Virus record (IMG/VR): IMGVR_UViG_3300028048_003124
Strand: one strand, 5' to 3'
DNA length: 64,000 nucleotides
DNA from: a virus
Lineage: Duplodnaviria; Caudoviricetes
Each line of letters begins with the position of its first letter. Position 1 is the stretch's first letter. Of the stretch, positions 55,690 to 64,000 are shown piece after piece. The notes under the pieces were generated by a model. It ran no database searches, was not told where the DNA came from, and worked only from the letters and a program-made list of their open reading frames with translations. Position numbers and translations under genes: made by a program.

Positions 55690-56826
55690 ATGCCTAAGAG
55701 GTTAGTTAGTGTACTTTTGGTGCTGTTAGTAGTAATAAGCATATCTACATTTAATGTAAAAGCAGCTGATGAGGAGTACAAGACTTTTATGCAGATAGAT
55801 GATAGATGGAGATACAAGCATTTTGGTAATGGCGATGAGATAGGCGCTACAGGTTGTTGGATGGTATCTTACTGCATACTATTTGCTTTTGCAGACCCAT
55901 CTTTAAGAGATGTAAATAAGTGGAATCCAGGAATAATGGGGGAAGAAGGAGGGTACTTACATTTCGATGAAAGCAGTTGTATCACAGATCCAAACCCTAT
56001 AAAAGGACCATTAACTTATGTAGGAAGCGAATCTTACTATTCAAAAGAGGATGTAAATAATGCTTGTAAGCAAGCAATAAAAGAAGGAAAGTATATAATA
56101 GCTTGGTCTGACTTTTCAGGGACTCACTTCAGTCCAGTAACTGGTTGGGATAAAGAGGGCGATCATCCATATATTCACGATGTAGGGTATTACCCTCCAG
56201 AAGAGGGATATGATAGGTTTACAAGTACTGGTATAACAAAATTGTTTTTTTATGAGAGTAGTATGGAGCCTTCGTATGCTTCATATAATGGTGAAATAGT
56301 AGGCAGTTATGAGCAGGATAATGCGGATACTAAGTCATCAGAAGATTTAGGTGAGATATTATCAGAGTGGGATTTAACTGGAATGCCATTGAGGTCAAAG
56401 ATAGCAGCAGAGTATTTGATACCATCAGTAGAAGAGATCCAAGAAGGTAAAGATAAATACAATATGCTTCAAATTAAAGAAAACATTGATCTAAGAAAAA
56501 AATCATCATTAAATATTGCTAATATTGCTGTAACTGTTTTTGGTATTTTATTAATGGTGTATGGTTTATTACTACTAATATCATTCTTTTTTGACAGGTT
56601 TAATAATTTTTTTGATTTTTCATTAATAAGCGTACTATCTATAGGGCGAATAAAATTGGCAGATAGTGGAGAGGTAATAACAGATGAGATGAGAAAGCAG
56701 GGGTTTGTAACAAGCACAACTTTATTGATACGTATAGGTGTAATAGAGTTAATAGGTGGTTTACTTGTATCTGGCGTGATAGTTCGTTTAATATTTAAGA
56801 TAGTGCAGGCTATAATTGTGAATTGA
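55690..56826 (+). CDS. C39-like peptidase, paralog 4 (divergent catalytic domain)
   Basis: QIDDRW, GCW, THF, IHD; SEWDLTGMP; FFFDRFN. Confidence 0.72.
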   Translation: MPKRLVSVLLVLLVVISISTFNVKAADEEYKTFMQIDDRWRYKHFGNGDEIGATGCWMVSYCILFAFADPSLRDVNKWNPGIMGEEGGYLHFDESSCITDPNPIKGPLTYVGSESYYSKEDVNNACKQAIKEGKYIIAWSDFSGTHFSPVTGWDKEGDHPYIHDVGYYPPEEGYDRFTSTGITKLFFYESSMEPSYASYNGEIVGSYEQDNADTKSSEDLGEILSEWDLTGMPLRSKIAAEYLIPSVEEIQEGKDKYNMLQIKENIDLRKKSSLNIANIAVTVFGILLMVYGLLLLISFFFDRFNNFFDFSLISVLSIGRIKLADSGEVITDEMRKQGFVTSTTLLIRIGVIELIGGLLVSGVIVRLIFKIVQAIIVN

Positions 56827-56831
56827 GATAT

Positions 56832-56887
56832 GCTACATACGTTGAGGTTTTCTGTAGAGGCTTTCTTCGTATGTAGCTTTTCTTTTT
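56832..56887 (+). terminator. Stem-loop with T tail closing the peptidase array
   Basis: GCTACATACG...CGTATGTAGC followed by TTTTCTTTTT. Confidence 0.65.
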
Positions 56888-56922
56888 CGGATAGCTATGT
56901 GTTTTTATTGGAAGGTTTGTGT

Positions 56923-57246
56923 ATGGCGGTATATGATTTAAAAAGGGTGACTAAAGCCTATGTAAGTGGCTTTTATAAATATATAAATTTTAAGAAACTA
57001 AACGATGCTTCGGCTAGTGGTTTATATGATTTATTCTCTTATAGTTTAAAGAATATATATGGTTTACCCCCATCCGAGAAAGGGTACTATATAGATATGT
57101 ATGGAGATAGTTGTATAGATTATTTAAAGAAGTTAAAGGGTGTACCGAAAAGGATTGATAGGTTAGGCTCTACCGAAAGGTTGAGCATTGTGACTATGTG
57201 TCAGAGTTATTTTGTGGCTGTTGATTATGTACACTTTAATAAATAA
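56923..57246 (+). CDS. Hypothetical protein
   Basis: Start moved to ATG 56923 (GGAAGG SD) because the upstream part of the ORF overlaps the terminator. Confidence 0.65.
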   Translation: MAVYDLKRVTKAYVSGFYKYINFKKLNDASASGLYDLFSYSLKNIYGLPPSEKGYYIDMYGDSCIDYLKKLKGVPKRIDRLGSTERLSIVTMCQSYFVAVDYVHFNK

Positions 57247-57257
57247 GAGGTTGTAGT

Positions 57258-58082
57258 ATGGGTATTAAAAACCATTTTGAGGACTGTCCTTATAACTGTA
57301 ATATGTTCGGTAAGTTGCTTGATCCTAATACTGGAAACATGATAGACTGCCCCCATTGTTCTAAACTAAAAAAGGAGATGCTTGCTAAGGGTGTTGCAGT
57401 AGAAGAGGATGAAAATAGGACATTACCTTTAGCGGAGCTATTGGGTATAAAGTCTAAATATCTTTCTAAAAACTTTGTCTTTGATACTCTAATACCTGAG
57501 GGTGAGTGTCTTTTTTTAGAAGATGATAGTATTGATTTTGTTAAACGAGAAACAGAGGCTTTATACCATACGCTATCATTAGGGGAATTACCTGAGTACA
57601 GTGTATGCTTTGGTATATCTATAAAGGGTAGGGCTGATAGATTGGCTTATCCTTTATTAGCGACCAGTTATCTTAAAGGTTTGAGTGTAGGTAAGTTTAT
57701 AACCTGTAGTGAATTAAGCAGACTACAATTAAAGGGTAGTGATGAGTACGATAGTTATATATCTTCAGATGTTCAAATCATTTTAATAGGAGAGGGTAGT
57801 ACAAAGGGTGAAATCTCTTGTGCAAAGGGTTTAATGCAGTCAAGAGCATTAAAAGGTAAACCGACAATTTTTATAACTACTTGGACGATAGAAGCTTGTA
57901 GTCTAATGCTTGGGTATTTAGATGATACAGATAATATGCTGTTGGCTAGACCTGTATTTGTAAAGTATAAGAATAGTGGAAAGTCCTCTAATTACATTAA
58001 CAAATTGACAGGTGTAGAGAACGATAGGTATGATGAAGAAACCGACATGGGTGGACAGGGTTTTTCAATTGCAGATTTATAA
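57258..58082 (+). CDS. DnaC/IstB-like AAA+ protein with an N-terminal Zn finger and degenerate nucleotide motifs
   Basis: CPYNC...CPHC; DVQIILIGE (Walker B position); SRALKGKPTIFITT; no GxxGxGKT. Confidence 0.55.
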   Translation: MGIKNHFEDCPYNCNMFGKLLDPNTGNMIDCPHCSKLKKEMLAKGVAVEEDENRTLPLAELLGIKSKYLSKNFVFDTLIPEGECLFLEDDSIDFVKRETEALYHTLSLGELPEYSVCFGISIKGRADRLAYPLLATSYLKGLSVGKFITCSELSRLQLKGSDEYDSYISSDVQIILIGEGSTKGEISCAKGLMQSRALKGKPTIFITTWTIEACSLMLGYLDDTDNMLLARPVFVKYKNSGKSSNYINKLTGVENDRYDEETDMGGQGFSIADL

Positions 58083-58106
58083 TATAAGTAAAGAGAGGTT
58101 GTAATT

Positions 58107-59267
58107 ATGAAATATAATGATGTAGTTTTTCGTAATCCAATTAAGGTTGTAACTTGTGAGAGTGTTACAGAAGGTCATCCTGATAAGTTATGTGATATTA
58201 TATCAGATTCTATTCTTGATGCATATCTTTCAAAAGATAAGAATGCAAGAGTAGCTTGTGAGACTATTGCTAAGGATAATACGATTATCCTAGTAGGTGA
58301 GGTATCAAGTAATGCTTACGTTGATAGAAGAAAAGTCGTATCTAAGGTACTGAAGAAAGTAGGGTATGACGATGAGGAGTTGTGGGGTACCGATTACAAA
58401 ACATTTAAACTGATAGACTTGTTGGGAAGTCAGTCGAAAGATATAAGCAAAGCCGTAAACAAGGAAAAAATACAAGCAGGAGACCAGGGGATTATGTATG
58501 GGTATGCTTGTGATGAGACAGATTGTTTCATGCCTTTAGCTTATGTTTTGGCAACAAGATTGGTAAAGAAGTTAGCAGAGGAGAGAAAGTCTGGGCATTC
58601 AAACTTCTTGGGACCTGATGGTAAGGCTCAGGTATCTGTTGTGTATTATGATGATGGTACTTATGAGGTAGCTAATGTTGTAATTTCATCCCAGCATTTT
58701 ACAATATCTTTAGATAAAGATAAGGAGCTTGAAATTCTTCGTAAGAGTATTCTTGATTATGTTGTGAAGCCAGTATTGGGTGCATTAATGCCACGAGAGG
58801 GTGCTGTGTTTATCAATCCAGCTGGAAGATTTGCTATTGGTGGACCTACTGGAGATAGCGGTTTAACTGGTAGGAAGTTGATGGTCGATACCTATGGTGG
58901 TGTAGCCCATCATGGTGGTGGTGCTTTCAGTGGTAAAGATCCAAGTAAGGTAGATAGAAGTGGTGCATATTTTGCAAGATGGCTAGCTAAGCTAGTAGTA
59001 TGTAGGGGTATCGCTAGTGAATGTGAGGTTATGTTATCTTACATGATAGGAAGATCTGAAACGACGAGTGTACTCGTTAATGCAAAATACAATGAAGGTT
59101 ATAAATTAAGAGATGTTTTAGATATTGTTGAGGAGTTTGATAGCTCTCCTCAGGGTATTATTGATAGGTTTAAACTATTTGATATTCATAACTATTCAAG
59201 TGTTGCAGCCTATGGACATTTTGGTGAAAATGCCAAGGATATGCCTTGGGAGAACGTTGAATTATAA
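58107..59267 (+). CDS. metK: S-adenosylmethionine synthetase
   Basis: ESVTEGHPDK, AGDQG, PDGKAQV, GDSGLTGRK, GGGAFSGKDPSKVDRS, YGHFG. Confidence 0.97.
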   Translation: MKYNDVVFRNPIKVVTCESVTEGHPDKLCDIISDSILDAYLSKDKNARVACETIAKDNTIILVGEVSSNAYVDRRKVVSKVLKKVGYDDEELWGTDYKTFKLIDLLGSQSKDISKAVNKEKIQAGDQGIMYGYACDETDCFMPLAYVLATRLVKKLAEERKSGHSNFLGPDGKAQVSVVYYDDGTYEVANVVISSQHFTISLDKDKELEILRKSILDYVVKPVLGALMPREGAVFINPAGRFAIGGPTGDSGLTGRKLMVDTYGGVAHHGGGAFSGKDPSKVDRSGAYFARWLAKLVVCRGIASECEVMLSYMIGRSETTSVLVNAKYNEGYKLRDVLDIVEEFDSSPQGIIDRFKLFDIHNYSSVAAYGHFGENAKDMPWENVEL

Positions 59268-59286
59268 ACAACTTGTTATATTAAGA

Positions 59287-59336
59287 TAACGGTATTAATT
59301 GTAAGTTTTTGCTTATATTAATGCCGTTAATTTTTT
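59287..59336 (+). terminator. Intrinsic terminator after metK
   Basis: TAACGGTATTAAT...ATTAATGCCGTTA followed by ATTTTTT. Confidence 0.7.
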
Positions 59337-59703
59337 AGATATAGATTTTTAGTCTGGTATGGCAGACTAATTAAAAACTATGAGATAGAAGTAAAAGTAT
59401 TATAAATTAGAAGTAGGTTGTTTAAGATTTTTTCCTAAATTTGATTTATTTAATGTTTAATAGATTATATGGTTTTTGGTAAAGATTATTAAATAAAAAT
59501 TTCTTAGAATTGTGTATTTTATATAGATTGTATCAAAGAATTTTAGTTATTTTTATGTGTTTAGTTTCTTGTAGGTATAGTAATTTTTTATTTTGTTTTA
59601 AAATAAATATTCCAAGAAGGATCTTTTTAGTTTAACTAAAGAGTCTTTAGTTTTAACTTAAATAAAGATTGCCTATATTATAATTTTAAAAGGAGCAAAA
59701 ACA

Positions 59704-61251
59704 ATGGGGTATACGCCTAAGATTTATAGGGTTGCAGATATGTTAAAGGGTGTTGAGTATGATAATAATTTCAAAGATGATGATGTTTACTTTTGGTCGA
59801 CTCCAAGAGGAGATGGTTATGGAACAGTAAAAGATATGGTAGAAACTTGTGGTTTGTACGATAAGTATGAGTTTATGTGTAAATATTGTAATGTAAAAAC
59901 CTTAAAGATGGGTGTAAGTATCGTAAACACTGGTTTATTGTGCAAGGATTGTGCAAAAACAAGTTATTATGTCAACACATGGTCAAAGGTTTTTCCGTTT
60001 TTTGATAAGATGTATGATTCGGAAAAGAATACTGTTCCTCTTGAAAGGTTAAGGAGAAGTGATAATAAGAATGATTACTGGTTTGTATGTGAAAAAGGTC
60101 ATAGTTTTACTTCAAAAATAAGAGGGGTATTAAATAGTACAACTGGTTTTCATGGTTGTCCTGTGTGCTCTGGAAGGAGTTTAGTAGAGGGTAATTCACT
60201 ATATGATGTTTTTGGAGATATGGTAGACGGGTATTGGGATTATGGCAAGAATGACAGTAACGGACTAAAACCTGATATGATAGCTCCTCATTCAAATGTC
60301 AGGGCTTTTTGGAGGTGTATTAATTGTGGTAAGACCTATGAACAGCCGATATGTAATAGGGTAGTTTCAGTAGGGTATTGTCCTGATTGCGTGAGTAAGA
60401 TGTACCAGTCGTCTGGAGAGGCTGAACTGGCTGATTGGCTTAGTAGGTATGTCGATGTAGTTGAAAGGTATAAATTCGCAGGAAGGGGTACAGAGTTAGA
60501 TATTTATATACCATCAAAGCATATAGGCATAGAGTTTAATGGTATATATTATCACTCTGATGCGATATTAACCGATAAGAATAGTGACTATAAAAAGTAT
60601 AAGAAAGCAGAAGAGAGGGGTATAACCTTTATGTGTGTGTCTGGGAGGACGACTGGAAGTACAAGAAAGACTTGGTAAAGCTAATGATACTAAGGAAATT
60701 AGGTTTAAGCACCGAGAGGAAGGTAAATGCAAGAGATTGTAGGGTAGTTAAAAGCTCTGGTTCTTCTGGGTTGTTAGATAGTTATCACATTCAAGGAAAG
60801 GTAAATGTAGGCTGTAAATATTATCACTTAGTTGAGAAAAATGGTAATGTAGTAGCCGAGTTAGCCTATAAACAAGATGAAGAGAGTGTATACATAATCA
60901 GATATGGCAGCTCCTGAATAGTAAGGGGGTGGTTTTTCTAAGATTTTGAGCGTATTAAAGTCAACCGAAGGGTGTAAGATTATTTACACCTTCTCGGATA
61001 ACTCTGTATCTGACGGTAGTATGTATAGGGTGTGTGGTTTCAGAAAGGTAGAAGATTTGAGACCAGATTACTCCCACGTATCCAAGGGTAGAAGGGTACA
61101 TAAATCAAACTTTCGGAAGGACAGATTCCTCAAAGACGAGGGATTGATTTACAAGGAAGGGTTAACTGAGAAAGAATTAGCTATGGTAAACGGATTAAAC
61201 AGGGTATATGATTATGGCAAGGTACGTTGGGAGTTAGCTGTTGAGAAATAG
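59704..61251 (+). pseudogene. Zn-ribbon-array nuclease copy 4 (3 modules), interrupted
   Basis: Three ORF pieces are collinear with the intact paralogs; extra TG at 60632-60640, TGA at 60915-60917, extra G in the run at 60925-60929. Confidence 0.85.
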
Positions 61252-61280
61252 TAATCTATTGAGAAGGGTATAGAGAGCAA

Positions 61281-61838
61281 ATGAGGAAGATAGTATTTGT
61301 AGATATGGACGGTGTAGTAGCCCGTTATGAGAGGTGGGCTTACCGTGGCAGAATTATAGATGATGTAAGAGAGAAAGAACCCATCTTTACGCAGAAGGGT
61401 AGTAAGTTTTTCAGAACTTGTAAACCTGATTTAAATGCAATAAGGATGGTAAAAGGCTTAAACAGTATAAACTCCTTATCAGTAATGGTATTATCAGGGG
61501 TATCATCAGGGGAAGTTGGTGAGGAGCAGATAGAAGATAAGTCCTACTGGTTAAAGAAAAATATGCATTTCCTAAACGAAACACAACAGCTATTCACAAG
61601 TGGTAGTAAGGTAGCAGAGGCTTGTAACTTTTTAGGTATAAGGAAACTAAACAAAGACTTAATTTTAATAGATGATTTTAATGGCAACCTGTTAGAGTGG
61701 GAGAAGGCTGGAGGAGTGGCAATAAAGTATATCAATGGGGTAAACTCAGAGAGCAGCTGGAATGGTTTAAAGGTAAGAAGCGATAGTGTTGTAGGGGATA
61801 TAGTAGTTATAATGAATACATTGGGTATAGTTTGTTAG
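61281..61838 (+). CDS. HAD-family 5'(3')-deoxyribonucleotidase-like phosphatase
   Basis: VFVDMDGV, VLS, K..WL, ILIDD...NL..W..AGG.AI. Confidence 0.82.
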   Translation: MRKIVFVDMDGVVARYERWAYRGRIIDDVREKEPIFTQKGSKFFRTCKPDLNAIRMVKGLNSINSLSVMVLSGVSSGEVGEEQIEDKSYWLKKNMHFLNETQQLFTSGSKVAEACNFLGIRKLNKDLILIDDFNGNLLEWEKAGGVAIKYINGVNSESSWNGLKVRSDSVVGDIVVIMNTLGIVC

Positions 61839-61863
61839 GCGTTTGTAAAAAGGAGTGTTTTGT

Positions 61864-63879
61864 ATGATATATAAATTAGAGGACTATGTTGTAAATGCGG
61901 AAAAATTGTCGATGGACAAAGTATACACTTGGAGTATATTGGGTAATTTATATGACGGGACTGTACAAGATTTTATAGAGAGTACGCTAGATGTCGGTGT
62001 TACATACTCATTTGTGTGTAATAATTGTGGTAAAGTGTGTACTAAAGGTGTAAATTCAATATTAAGGGGTGGACTTTTGTGCGCACCTTGTGCAAGGGCA
62101 GTGGGGAGACAGAAAAAGAAATTGGAGAAAGGTTTAAGCTTGTACAATTATTACCCAGTTGTTGCAGAGTGGTTTGATAATGCAGGAAATGGTGTCAGTT
62201 CTAAAGATGTGTATTTTAACTCTCAAGATAAGTATTTGTTCAAATGTCCAAAGTGTGGGGTAATATACAAGAAGGCTCTTAATCTTGTGGTAAACTCTTA
62301 TGTAAAGCATAACTCAAACGGATGTAGGGTATGTGCAGGATATCAGGTATTGGAGGGTTTTAATGATATAACTGCGAGAAATAAACCATCAGCAGAGTAT
62401 TGGGACGAGGAGAAAAATGGAATACCAAGTAATAGGGTATTGTGGAGTGACCAAAATCCTCGATGGTTTAGATGTCCTGAGGGGCACTCTTATCAAAGAA
62501 CACCTTTCAGAATGTTAAACTCCTATAATAAGGGTATAGATGGTAAAGACCTATGTCCTATATGTAAAGGAACTGAGGTGCTGAAAGGATACAATGACAT
62601 AGCGTCTAGGAATCCTTTGGCACTAAGATACTGGGATTATGATAAGAATGGTGATAATACTCCAGAGACCGTTTATTACAGGTCTCACGTTCAGTACTGG
62701 TTTCGTTGTGGAGAGGGGCATAGTTTTCTAAAAAGACCTAATGAGTTTTATCTGCAACTGAACAATGTAGGTATGTCTGCTGAGGGTTGTCCTGTGTGTT
62801 CTGGAAATAGGTTTTCTGGTGGTGTTAACGATTTATTAACAAAGTATGGAGAAACAGTTGAAAAGTATTGGGATTATGAGAAGAACACAGAGAGACCTGA
62901 AGAGGTGTTCGCCTATTCAGGGAAAGAGTATTGGTGGAAATGTGTAAAATGTGGGAAAAGTTTCTTGCTTGACAACGACAGAAGGGTGCGAGGTTTAGGT
63001 TTGTGTGAAGATTGCAGGGTAATAAAATCTGTCAGTACTTTTGAAATTGAGGTTTACAATGAGGTGAAGAAACTGTACTTAAACGCTGAAAGTCAGGTAC
63101 AGTTTGATGGGATGACATACGATATCTACGTGCCAGATAGGAAATTAGTTATTGAGTGTAATGGTGTGTATTGGCATTCAGATGCCGTAAGTAGGTATAC
63201 AGATGGAAATCATAATAAAAAGAGGCTCAATACTCTAAGAAAGAATAGGTTGTCCCTATTTGTAATATGGGAAGATCAGTGGGTAACAAATAAAGACCTG
63301 GTTCTGAGGGTATTAAAAAGAAAACTTGGTAAGAGTACTGAAAAGAAGGTAAATGCCAGAGACTGTGTAGTATCTGAACAAGGAAGTAGTTCAGGGGTAA
63401 TACAAAACAATCATATTCAAGGTGATGTGGGTGTTGGTTGTAGATATGTTTCATTGGAGCTAAACGGGTATCCTGTGGCAGAGATAGCCTATAAGTTAGA
63501 TGAGAATGGTTTATACATATGTAGGTATGCAACAAACAGTCTTGTTAGAGGTGGTTTTTCGAAGTTATTAAAATATCTGATTGATACAGCTTGTGATGAT
63601 GGATGTTGTATATACACCTTTTCAGATAATAGTATATCTGACGGAAACCTATATAGGGTATGTGGTTTTGAAAAAGTTGATGAGTTAGCATCTGATTATA
63701 TGTATGTCTATAAAGATATAAGGTATCATAAATTTAACTTTCGAAAGAGTAGATTTAAAAAAGACCCTAATTTAAAATTTGAGGAGGGTATGACTGAAAG
63801 AGAATTAGCAAACCTTAATAAAATATACAGGGTATATGATTATGGCAAGGTAAAGTGGCAATTGATAGTAAAAAAGTAA
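61864..63879 (+). CDS. Zn-ribbon-array nuclease copy 5 (5 modules)
   Basis: AAAGGAG SD; five Zn modules; YDIYVP..LVIECNGVYWHS, IWEDQW; NHIQG, RYAT..VRGGFSKLL, RVYDYGK. Confidence 0.85.
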   Translation: MIYKLEDYVVNAEKLSMDKVYTWSILGNLYDGTVQDFIESTLDVGVTYSFVCNNCGKVCTKGVNSILRGGLLCAPCARAVGRQKKKLEKGLSLYNYYPVVAEWFDNAGNGVSSKDVYFNSQDKYLFKCPKCGVIYKKALNLVVNSYVKHNSNGCRVCAGYQVLEGFNDITARNKPSAEYWDEEKNGIPSNRVLWSDQNPRWFRCPEGHSYQRTPFRMLNSYNKGIDGKDLCPICKGTEVLKGYNDIASRNPLALRYWDYDKNGDNTPETVYYRSHVQYWFRCGEGHSFLKRPNEFYLQLNNVGMSAEGCPVCSGNRFSGGVNDLLTKYGETVEKYWDYEKNTERPEEVFAYSGKEYWWKCVKCGKSFLLDNDRRVRGLGLCEDCRVIKSVSTFEIEVYNEVKKLYLNAESQVQFDGMTYDIYVPDRKLVIECNGVYWHSDAVSRYTDGNHNKKRLNTLRKNRLSLFVIWEDQWVTNKDLVLRVLKRKLGKSTEKKVNARDCVVSEQGSSSGVIQNNHIQGDVGVGCRYVSLELNGYPVAEIAYKLDENGLYICRYATNSLVRGGFSKLLKYLIDTACDDGCCIYTFSDNSISDGNLYRVCGFEKVDELASDYMYVYKDIRYHKFNFRKSRFKKDPNLKFEEGMTERELANLNKIYRVYDYGKVKWQLIVKK

Positions 63880-63908
63880 AGATTGCTCTAAAAACCTTAT
63901 AGACAGGG

Positions 63909-63937
63909 TTGTATTAATAGTAGAAATATGGTAAAAT
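63909..63937 (+). promoter_or_regulatory. Sigma-A-like promoter with extended -10
   Basis: TTGTAT-17 nt-TAAAAT with TG; same flanks (AGGGTTG and TATGGTAAAATATA) as the 8420 promoter. Confidence 0.65.
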
Positions 63938-63986
63938 ATATTTAGAATCAAATTTAGGTTCTTATTTCGTATAAGGAGTGAAAACT

Positions 63987-64000
63987 ATGGCTGATAAAAG
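63987..64000 (+). CDS. Start of the next gene (MADK...), truncated by the window
   Basis: AAGGAG SD and ATG downstream of a promoter. Confidence 0.55.

Larger units (their letters stand above)
1..64000. mobile_element. Segment of a large conjugative element (megaplasmid or giant ICE) of a Firmicutes host
   Basis: ArdC, VirB4, FtsK-type ATPase and a membrane gene cluster; isolated dnaX and metK outside their chromosomal contexts; many orphan genes; no capsid, terminase or tail genes. Confidence 0.75.

Noticed and set aside
56830-56922. N-terminal extension of the 56830 ORF
   Set aside because: It overlaps a terminator-like hairpin; a better SD and ATG are at 56923
60915-60917. TGA at a Cys position read as selenocysteine or as genetic-code reassignment
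   Set aside because: It is flanked by two frameshifts in the same gene; TGA is a normal stop elsewhere (3446, 9796, 15816, 56826) and code 11 gives full gene density
1-64000. Jumbo phage or prophage interpretation
   Set aside because: Some genes are phage-like (flap nuclease, HAD nucleotidase, endonucleases), but no terminase, portal, capsid or tail genes were seen and a conjugation-type cluster dominates; not excluded for sequence outside the window

Overview
The window is low-GC and gene-dense, with G well above C on the + strand. All credible genes lie on the + strand and use Firmicutes-type SD sites and sigma-A-like promoters. The content fits a segment of a large conjugative element (megaplasmid or giant ICE) of a Clostridia-like host rather than a core chromosome or a phage. 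It carries an ArdC-like antirestriction gene, replication helpers (5'-3' exonuclease, DnaX, degenerate DnaC-like loader), a split HipA-like kinase pair and two unknown genes with strongly biased codon usage. An unusual Gram-positive T4SS region (about 23.4-56.9 kb) holds a sortase, three pilin-like paralogs, a 1828-aa VirB6-like protein, a double-SGNH esterase, two degenerate receiver/ParA-like proteins, VirB4, an FtsK-type coupling ATPase, SpoVG, an SNF2 helicase and four tandem C39-like peptidases. metK and a HAD nucleotidase follow. The most striking feature is five dispersed paralogs, one broken, of a protein with a variable array of 3-7 Zn-ribbon modules fused to a Vsr/DUF559-like nuclease and a GNAT/Mom-like domain. 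No rRNA, tRNA, CRISPR array, transposase, relaxase or phage structural gene was recognised. All family calls come from motif reading only; no searches were run.
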